From Octopus sinensis (lineage: Eukaryota), in assembly GCF_006345805.1 (NCBI RefSeq), contig NW_021824055.1:1-20064 (forward strand): 20,064 bases of DNA. Direction: 5' to 3'. Below, one piece after another: positions 1 to 7,949 of this stretch; the stretch's first letter is position 1; every line of letters begins with the position of its first letter. A program made the position numbers and the translations under genes. Under the pieces are notes generated by a model. The model ran no database searches, was not told the DNA's origin, and saw only the letters and a list, made by a program, of their open reading frames with translations.

Positions 1-436
1 AAAGACACGACCTCATCTCTCGAGTTACTAAAATGCAAACCGGACGAATTTCCCTCGTTTCCCAGAATATATTTCAGTTGGTTGTAAAGGATGCTTGTTG
101 TTCACTGATTAGAAGACTATGATCAGAGGCGTTACCGTCCTGATCATCCCGTCGATTTACATATATTGCAATTGGTGCTGTGTTCTTTCCGTGGTTAAGA
201 CGGTAGGGCGTGAGACAATGGAATATCATTTTCCCAAATGCTTACGATAGGGCTGATAGCGCAAATATACAAGTAATGGACATTCATTAGTCCTGAAACC
301 TACATCTACAATCATTATTGTAATACATCACATGATGTGGATGTTAATTTTCATAGATCTTTCCGATGTATAAGTTCGACCTTACTATCAAGATGAACCA
401 TCAATTTATTAAATGACATCTAGGACTTCCTTAGGG

Positions 437-574
437 TCCGTCTACAAAACCCACTCACAAGTCTTTGCTCGGACGGAGGCTATAGTAGAAGAAACTTTCC
501 CAGGTTGCCATGCAGCGAAACTAAACCTGGATCTAATTGCTTACGGAGCAAGTTTCTTACCACATAGCCACGCC
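437..574 (-). mobile_element. 3'-truncated tRNA-derived SINE, family 1 (GGCGTGGCTRTGTGGTAAG head)
   Basis: The rc reads ggcgtggctatgtggtaagaaac…aggtttagtttcgctgcatggcaacctgggaaagtttcttctactatagcctcc…gtagacgga, the same head as the copies at 1979, 10736 and 11889. Confidence 0.85.
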
Positions 575-709
575 TATGGATGTCTGTTTATGTATAAGTC
601 TATATATAGGATGAACAGGACAAACAAATGTTTAACTAATAGTTTTTACATGCGTGTGACAACGTTATGGTTGCTTGGAAAAGAAAAGTAACAAAAATTG
701 ATTTATCTA

Positions 710-810
710 TTCGCGTTCTGAGTTCTATCCTGTCGAACTCCCATTTGCCTTTCATTTCTCAGAGGTACTGAAGTCCAATTAGTCGACAGTCCACCTTCCC
801 CACAAAACAC
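710..810 (+). mobile_element. Degenerate fragment of SINE family 2
   Basis: cgcgttctgagttctatcc…tttgcctttcat…tagtcgac resembles the family-2 body seen as rc at 5550-5810. Its paralog is at about 11655-11757 on the minus strand. Confidence 0.55.
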
Positions 811-894
811 AACTACTGGCATTCTACCTAAACCCGAAACCACTTTATAGGTGGCAATCTAGGATTTTAGGCCGAAGAATTGCTACGCGGTGTC

Positions 895-1014
895 ATATGT
901 AATCATGTATGGTATATAAAGATGCATGAGGATATATATACTTACACAGACACGCAAAAATATGTGTGCGTGTATGAGTGTGTGTGCATATGAGTGTGTG
1001 TATGTACGTACGTT

Positions 1015-1061
<47 letters not shown>

Positions 1062-1262
1062 TTATATGTGAGCGTGTGTCTACATGTATGTGAATACATG
1101 CACAAGTGTACGAGGCGAAACATCCAAACACACACAAAAACACACACACACACACACACCACACACATATATATATTATAATATATATATAGGTATATAA
1201 ATACACTTATATATGTATTCATACGCATTTAGATATATACACACACATAAGCACACACATAT
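895..1262. repeat. Compound (TG)n/(TA)n/(CA)n microsatellite region
   Basis: Pure (TA)n at about 1017-1057 and (CA)n at about 1127-1165. The paralog is about 11225-11565. Confidence 0.9.
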
Positions 1263-1323
1263 ATCAATGTGTATACTTTTTCTTTAATTCTTTTACATGT
1301 TGAAGTCATTTGCCTGCGTCCAT

Positions 1324-2134
1324 AAGTCGAGGACACATGAAATCGTGATTAATGTCATGGTTTCAGATCCTGGGACGAGTGGTGTATTGTGCGCAGAACA
1401 CTTCATCTTATGTTACACAGCGACCATTTCAACACTTGACGTGTAGGAATGGTGACTAGCTGGAATATGGATTTATTTTCCGGATATTTCAGCCAATCAC
1501 ATACATCAAGGGAAAATACTGCCACTCTCGTTTAAAAAATATAGAGAATTATTACAACAGGATATTTCATTCAATATGCATTTCGGATAGAATCTGAAAG
1601 GTGAGACAAAAAATTTATATGAGGCAATAGAATATTCAGATAAGTGGATAAGACTTTTAATTTCTGTAAAAAAATTTGAAACTGAAGTAATATTTGGAGT
1701 CGGCTTTATAAAGGTAAATAAATTTTTGTTACTTTTCTTTTAAGATTTAACATTTGTATCTACACACACATGTACATATGATTTATTTTTCCCTCTCTCT
1801 CTATCATTCTATAACTATGCAACTTAATAGAATAACGTTGTTCCTGACAATCATTTGTCGGTGAGCATTTGGTTCCAAGCAACCATAACATTGTTACATG
1901 CACGTCAGAATTATTATTTAAATATTTGTTTGTCTTGTTCATCCTGTATAAAGACTTATACATAAACACACATGCATAGGCGTGGCTATGTGGTAAGATA
2001 GATGGTTCGCAAGCAGATAGATCCAGGTTCAGTTTCACTGCATGGCAATTTGGGAAAGTGTCTTCTACTATAGCCTCGGGCTGACCAAAGCCGTACGAGT
2101 GGATTTGGTAGACGAAAAAACCGAAAGAAGTTCG

Positions 2135-2190
<56 letters not shown>

Positions 2191-2335
2191 ATGCATAAGT
2201 GTGTGTGAGTTTGTTTGTTTGTGTATGTGTGTGTCTGTCTTCGCGACTATGTTTGTTACCCTTTCATAACTTACAGCAGGTTTTTACGCCCCCTACTTAA
2301 CATTGCGGTTCGGCAAAAGCGGACAATAAAATAAG
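1324..2335 (+). repeat. Direct copy of segment 10078-11094
   Basis: Both start aagtcgaggacacatgaaatcgtgatta and run collinearly to …cggcaaaagcg..aataaaataag. They yield near-identical spurious 92-aa ORFs (1760-2038 and 10517-10795). Confidence 0.95.
1979..2335 (+). mobile_element. SINE family 1, with its 3' end cut by a rearrangement junction
   Basis: tRNA-like head ggcgtggctatgtggtaag…ccaggttcagtttcactgc, then ggaaagtgtcttctactatagcctcggg, a central (TA)n at about 2136-2186, and cattgcggttcggcaaaag. Confidence 0.88.
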
Positions 2336-2342
2336 ACACCGC

Positions 2343-3420
2343 AATGATTGTAGATGTAGGTTTCAGGACTAATGAATGTCCATTACTTGTATATTTGCGC
2401 TATCAGCCCTATCGTAAGTATTTGGGAAAATGATATTCCATTGTCTCACGCCCTACCGTCTTAACCACGGAAAGAACACAACACCAATTGCAATATATGT
2501 AAATCGACGGGATGATCAGGACGGTAACGCCTCTGATCATAGTCTTCTAATCAGTGAACAACAAGCATCCTTTACAACCAACTGAAATATATTCTGGGAA
2601 ACGAGGGAAATTCGTCCGGTTTGCATTTTAGTAACTCGAGAGATGAGGTCGTGTCTTTGAGCAGATATCGCCATCCCAATAATCGATAAAAACAATGGCG
2701 TTTGTTTTAGAAATGAGTCAAGTAGATAAGAATATTCTCTGGGTGTTACCAGGACATATGAAAAATACCATTTTGGTAATATAATAGAAGTCGAGAATAC
2801 ATAACATCGTGGTTAAAGGTTGTAACATCGATAACAAGGTTGTGATTTCAAATCCTGCAACGGGAGGTGTATGCGCGCAGAACAACTTCATCTCATGTTG
2901 CACAGACACCATTTCAACACTTGTCGTGTAGGAATGGTGAATAGCTGGAAAATAGATTTATTTTCCAGATATTAAAGAATTTCAGCCAATCACAAACATC
3001 AAGGAAAATTACTGCCACTCTCGTTTTTAAAAAAAAATAGAGAATTATTTCAAACGGGTATTTCATTGTGTATGCTTTTCGGATAGCAGCTGAAACGTGA
3101 GACAAAAATCTTATATGATTCAATAGAATTAGGTGGCTAGAGTTGGAATGACTTTGTGCAAAACTACGATCAGGGCAAACAACAACGTCGACCACAACAC
3201 CTAAGTAAAAACACAAATATCAAACAAACATATGTACCTAAGTTGGCTTCGTTCTCAGACTTTGTATCACCACACCAAACTCCGTAATTTTTGCGTCAGT
3301 CTTTCTATCAGTACATGATACAACGCCATATCGTTAGCTGACGAGAGACATCCTTAGAGTAAACGCTCAGATCGTTTTGGGGATCCATGAAAATTCAGTG
3401 GGGTTGCTTCAGTAAAACGG
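2343..3420. repeat. Repeated non-microsatellite core module, subtype A (function unknown)
   Basis: Subtype A copies lie at 1-about 430 (inverted), 2343-3420, 12036-13230 and 17722-18400. Diverged subtype B copies lie at 9517-10390 and 1324-1640. Confidence 0.85.
2809..2903 (+). mobile_element. Old degenerate tRNA-derived SINE head (family 3) inside the core module
   Basis: gtggttaaagg… (A-box-like), aaggttgtgatttcaaatcctg (B-box-like), then gcagaac…cttcatctcatgttgc, which resembles a tRNA-head plus conserved-domain SINE (recalled, unverified). Paralogs are 12613-12705 and 17776-17870, with shortened versions in subtype B. Confidence 0.5.
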
Positions 3421-3523
3421 CCTAGTAGATAAGAGTGATTCCTGGGTGCTGTCACACCTACATATGCCATGTACATGTTAATAATATATTCTTAATACAC
3501 ACCTGTGTATTAGTGAATAATAT

Positions 3524-3585
3524 ATTATATTATATATATATATATATATATATATGTGTTGTGTGTGTATGTATTTATATGCATG

Positions 3586-3618
<33 letters not shown>

Positions 3619-3710
3619 TTTATATATGTGTGTGTGTGTTGTGTGTATGTATTATATGCATGGATATATAATATATATATATATATGTGTGTGTGTATGT
3701 ATTTGTATGC

Positions 3711-3745
<35 letters not shown>

Positions 3746-3794
3746 TATATATATATGTATGTATGTGTATATATATGTATATATATATATATAT
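3524..3794. repeat. Compound (TA)n/(TG)n tract with a higher-order unit
   Basis: Three recurrences of (TG)n-tatgtattt[a/g]tatgcatg-(TA)n. Confidence 0.85.
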
Positions 3795-3924
3795 AAGGAT
3801 ATTATTGCTTCCAATAATATCAGGTGGCAAGCATGCGTAAAAACAATCCCATAAGGTAAAGCCTCATTAATTAATAATTAAAGGTCCTACAAGCAGCAAC
3901 AGCACACAAAAAATAGCAGCACGA

Positions 3925-4050
3925 AGAGAGAGAGAGAGAGAGAGAGGAGGAGAGAGAGAGAGAAAGACAGGAGGAGAGAAAAAGAGAGAGACAAAGAATG
4001 TGTGGAACGAAGAGAGAGGGAAAGAAAATGAAAGAAATAGAGAAAGAGAG
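3925..4050. repeat. (GA)n / purine-rich tract
   Basis: gaagagagagag…; paralogs at about 13628-13750 and about 18906-19032. Confidence 0.85.
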
Positions 4051-4392
4051 AGATAAATCGAATAATAATTAGACAGATAAACAAATAGAAACTTCTATAA
4101 ATAGATTGATAGATAGACACATACACACACACACACACTCACACACACACTCATACACACACACATACATATATAAATGGTAAAAAAACGCAATAGAAGA
4201 CAATGAAAGATTCGGACTGATAGACGATAGAAAGGCGGGCAGGAGAAACAACGATTAGAAGGACAGGCAAAAAAAGACGGCTCATTCGTGGCTTTCTTTC
4301 CTCAGTCAAGTCCCAGAAGTCACGACCATCTCGGGCAGTTACACTTGAGATGGGTCGATCTGGTTGGCCCCCCTAAAAGTCTCTCTCTCTCC

Positions 4393-4395
<3 letters not shown>

Positions 4396-4482
<87 letters not shown>

Positions 4483-4550
4483 TGTGTCTGTTGTGCGTGT
4501 GTGAATGGTGTGTGTGAGTGAGGTGTGAGTGTGTGGTGTGGTGTGTTGTG
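4396..4550. repeat. (TA)n followed by (TG)n microsatellite
   Basis: Read directly. The paralog is about 19386-19505, and the tract is absent from unit 2. Confidence 0.9.
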
Positions 4551-4969
4551 TATCTGCGTGTATTCATTCGTCTGTATTCCTCCTCTCACCAAAAGGGTTT
4601 CAACACCCTCCACCGACCTTCGCTACCCATTCCGTCTACTCCTTGTCCGAATTCTGAATGCAACAATCAACTTGCATTTGTCAATACGAGACATTTGCGT
4701 CGTTCAAAATCCGCTTCCACAGTTTCATAGCACTTGCAAACACTTACTAAATTACGTAGCTGCACCAAGTGGGAAATTCCGTTTTAACCAGGGAAATATG
4801 TACAATTGTTCCGAGTATAAATTATTTGATAAACAAACCACTTGACAAACAGTAGATAAGTAGACATTTAATAATTTTTAATCGAGAATAAGTGGAATAA
4901 GAAGAAACAGGTTGAGCAGAGAGACGCCCAGGAGATCGTATTATGTGAGACGAAAGAATTCAAATAAAC

Positions 4970-4981
4970 TAATGATAATAA

Positions 4982-5034
<53 letters not shown>

Positions 5035-5051
5035 TGATAATAATAATAATG

Positions 5052-5084
<33 letters not shown>

Positions 5085-5146
5085 TAATAATAGTAATAAT
5101 AATAATAATAATAACAATCACAAAAATAATAATAACAATAATAACA
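4970..5146. repeat. (AAT)n microsatellite
   Basis: Read directly. It is the source of the poly-I/L ORFs. The paralog at about 14130-14463 is nearly twice as long. Confidence 0.95.
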
Positions 5147-5149
5147 GTC

Positions 5150-5278
5150 GTTCCTACTATAGACACAAGGCCTGAAATATTTTTGGGGGTGAGTTAGTCG
5201 ATTACATACCCCTAGTACAGAACTGGTATTTAATTTATAGACATCGAAATGATGAAATGCGAAGTTGACCTCGGGGTC
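5150..5278 (-). mobile_element. Partial SINE family 2 body
   Basis: tagtcgattacatacccctagtacagaactggtatttaatttatagacatcgaaatgatgaaatgcgaagttgacctcgg is a diverged version of 5525-5590. The paralog is about 14468-14596. Confidence 0.7.
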
Positions 5279-5315
5279 AATAATAATGATAATAATAGTA
5301 ATAATAATAATGATG

Positions 5316-5351
<36 letters not shown>

Positions 5352-5362
5352 TACTAATAATA
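5279..5362. repeat. (AAT)n microsatellite
   Basis: Read directly. The paralog is about 14598-14694. Confidence 0.9.
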
Positions 5363-5368
5363 AAATGC

Positions 5369-5497
5369 ACAACTAGGCATAATCAACAACATGAACTTCC
5401 AACCCTGTTGTCTCTTGAGGTCTCTGGGTGAGACTTGGAGCAACTTGTACAAATATGAAGAAAAAGTCAAACATAGAATAATAATAATAATAATAAT
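5369..5497 (+). mobile_element. Short AAT-tailed insert, probably the 3' end of a non-LTR retrotransposon
   Basis: 108 bp of unique sequence ending gtcaaacatag followed by (AAT)7. It is absent from the paralogous site in unit 2. Its resemblance to an octopus LINE 3' end is recalled, not verified. Confidence 0.55.
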
Positions 5498-5509
5498 CAG
5501 TCTACTGGA

Positions 5510-5640
5510 AGCAGAAGGACAAGTCCATTACATCGATCCCAGTGTGTAACTGGTACTTAATTTATCGTCCCCGAAAGGATGAAAGGCAAAGTCAACCTCG
5601 GCGGAATTTGAACTCAGAACGTAAAGACAAACGAAATACC
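5510..5640 (-). mobile_element. SINE family 2, head-truncated copy
   Basis: catcgatcccagtgtgtaactggtacttaatttatcgtccccgaaaggatgaaaggcaaagtcaacctcggcggaatttgaactcagaacg; the rc contains the B-box-like gagttcaaattcc. Confidence 0.85.
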
Positions 5641-5871
5641 TATTTCTTTACTGCCCACAAGGTGCTAAACAGAGAGAGGACAAACATGGACAGACAAATG
5701 GATTTAGTCGATTATATCGACACCAGTGTGTAACTGGTACTTATTTAATCGACTGCGAAATGAGGAAAGACAATGTCGACCTCGGCGGAGTTTGAACTCA
5801 GAACGTAACCGCGGACTAAATACTTCTAAGCGTTTCGCCCGACTTGCTAACGTTTCTGCCAGCTCGCCGCC
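5641..5871 (-). mobile_element. SINE family 2, near full length (GGCGGCGAGCTGGCAGAA head)
   Basis: The rc begins ggcggcgagctggcagaaacgttagc (A-box-like), contains ctgagttcaaactccgccgagg (B-box-like) and ends …gtgggcagtaaagaaata. Confidence 0.88.
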
Positions 5872-6082
5872 TTCGGGGAAACGAAATACTTCTAAGCGTT
5901 TCGTCCGGCGTACCAATAATAACAACAACAACAACGACAACAACAATAATAATAAAGTGAAGATCAAATATATATTGCGCGTGCTTCATTGGCAAGAGAG
6001 AACTATCTCCAAATAGAAGAATTTCTGTTTTAACACCCAATTTCAAAAATGCATGAACGTAATAATATAAAATATTAAGTAG

Positions 6083-6222
6083 AAATATTCCGCCGAGGTT
6101 GTCTTTGCCTTTTATCCTTTCGGGGTCGATGAAATCAATATCAGTTAAGTACTGGGGTCGATGTAATCAACTTACTCCCCTCTCCCCAAATTGCTGGTGT
6201 TGTGCCAAAATTTGAAATCAAT
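6083..6222 (+). mobile_element. SINE family 2 body, head missing
   Basis: ttccgccgaggttgtctttgcctttatcctttcggggtcgat…tactggggtcgatgtaatcaac…tttgaaatcaat; the paralog is about 15801-15937. Confidence 0.8.
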
Positions 6223-6370
6223 GTGTAGGAGAAATAAAACAAAACACAGCATTACTCACTAATGGACACCATGTTAATGGTTTTAACAAATTATAAAGTG
6301 AACGGCTTGGAGAGTGTCTCATCTTTTTGCGTGTTTCCTTGGATTGAATCTGTGTAGGGGGGCATGTTTA

Positions 6371-7100
6371 GGCACGGCTGTGTGGTAAGATGCTTGCTTC
6401 CAAATCTGGTTTCGGGTTCAGTTCCACTGCATGGCACACTAAGCACATGTCTTCTACTGTAGCCATTGGACTCTCAAAATCTTCTGGAGTGGATTTGGTA
6501 GATGGAAACTGAAAGAAGCCCATCGTGACTATTCTTTGACTTGTTTCAGTCATTTGACTGCAGCCATGTTGGAGCTCCGCCTTCAGTCGAACAAATCGAC
6601 CCTAGGACTTAATCTTTGTAAGCCTATTAATTATTCTATCAGTTTCTTTTCCAGAACCGCTAGGTTACATGGACGTAAGTACACCAACATCGGTTGTCAA
6701 GGGATGGTGGACGGACAAATATAGACACACAAATACACACACACATATGCGACGGGCTTATTTGAGTTTCCATCTATGAAATCCACTCACAAGGCTTTGG
6801 TCGGCCCTAGGCTATAGCAGAAGACACTCAGTCAAGGTATCTCGCAACGGGACTGAACCTGGAACCATGTGTTTCTTAATCTACGGCAACTCCTATGCCT
6901 ATATATGTCTGTCTGTATGTATATCAGTGTGTGTGTGTGTGTCTTTTTGTCCGTGTTTGTCCCACCGCTTGACGACCTGTGTGGGTGTGTTTACGTTCCG
7001 GTAACTTAGCGGCTCACCAAAATACGCCAATAAAATAAGTTCCAGGCTTAAATATTTAAGTACTGAGGTCAATTAGTTCGACTCGAAACTTCTCAAACCA
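6371..7100 (+). mobile_element. SINE family 1 split into head (6371-6525) and tail (about 6900-7100) by a nested antisense SINE
   Basis: The head runs ggcacggctgtgtggtaag…gaaagaagcccatcg. The tail resumes with (TA)/(TG) and tttgtcccaccgcttgac…gtaacttagcgg…aataagt. Confidence 0.82.
6534..6899 (-). mobile_element. Full-length SINE family 1, nested in antisense orientation
   Basis: The rc reads ggcataggagttgccgtag…ggttccaggttcagtcccg…tatagcctagggccgaccaaagccttgtgagtggattt…ggagctccaacatggctgcagtcaaatgactgaaacaagt. Confidence 0.88.
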
Positions 7101-7484
7101 GTGGCATCACTATATATACACATAATCCTTTCCGTGCCATGGTCATTAAAGCAATTGTTCGTTACACAAGTAATTGAAATACATACAAATAGAAGAAATC
7201 CGTTTCATGCCACTCCCCAAAGCCACATAAAAGTATATATTATACCTTAGCGTTCATACAAAAGAAAATCATGTTAAAGGTCGTATGTAGTGTGACTGCT
7301 CAGTTTGGCTTACCACTAAAACACCGGCTTGAACAGAAAAATGTGGTGCAGAAATTGTGTATCAAAGGTGATATGAAGTGGTTGATCATTGAGCGGAGGG
7401 ACATGAATTATAACAGATAATGATCAAGAAAAATATTTAGCGTTAATCAAGACCATTCATTTTATAATTTATAATATAAGTATA

Positions 7485-7943
7485 GGTGCAGGAGTGGCTG
7501 TTTAGTAAGTAGCGTGCTTACCAATCACATGGTTCGGGGTTCATTCCAACTGCGTTGCACCTTGGGAAAATGCGTTCCACTATAGCCTCGGGCCGACCAA
7601 AGTCTTGAGAGTGGATTTGGGAGACGGAAACTGAAAGACATCCGTCTTAAGTGTGTGTAATTGTGTGTTTGTGTGTGTGTATGTTTGTCCCCCCACCATC
7701 TCTTGACAACCGATGTTGGTGAGTTTACGTGTCTGTAGCCGAGACGGTTCGGCAAATGAGACCGATAGAATAAATAATAGGCTTACACAATAAATCCCGA
7801 TGTTGGTGAATTTACGTCCTCGTAATTTAGTGTTTCAGCAAAGGAGACTCATAGAATGAGTACAAGGCTTATAAATAATAAGTTCGATTAAAAAGGTGGT
7901 GCTCCAGCATGGCCGCAGTGATATGGCTGAAACAAATAAAAGA
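7485..7943 (+). mobile_element. SINE family 1 with an internal 87-bp tandem duplication of the 3' domain
   Basis: Head ggtgcaggagtggctg…, body ctatagcctcgggccgaccaaag, cgatgttggtga at both 7711 and 7798, and tail ctccagcatggccgcag…gaaacaaataaaaga. Confidence 0.88.
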
Positions 7944-7949
7944 ACTGTG

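Larger units (their letters stand above)
1..1323 (-). repeat. Inverted copy of segment 11167-12462; its first 316 bp are also an inverted copy of 2343-2658
   Basis: The reverse complement aligns collinearly. 1261-1323 is the rc of 11167-about 11229 (…gaagtcatttgcctgcgtccat), and position 1 (aaagacac) matches the rc of gtgtcttt ending at 12462 and at 2658. Confidence 0.95.

Noticed and set aside
413-691. ORF pairs recurring between copies (413-691 with 11745-12050; 1760-2038 with 10517-10795; 5726-6016 with 15510-15800)
   Set aside because: They read through SINE sequence and flank. The recurrence reflects recent DNA duplication, not protein-level conservation.
1979-2045. SINE heads as tRNA genes
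   Set aside because: A/B-box-like motifs are present, but I see no complete cloverleaf, and each head continues into a SINE body.
4525-4845. C-terminal ORF segment …VVQNPLP…NYVAAPSGK.RFNQGNMYNCSEYKLFDKQ shared with 19281-19799
   Set aside because: The starts lie in microsatellite, the upstream frames differ between copies, and the 5' part is deleted in unit 2. The similarity is explained by recent duplication.
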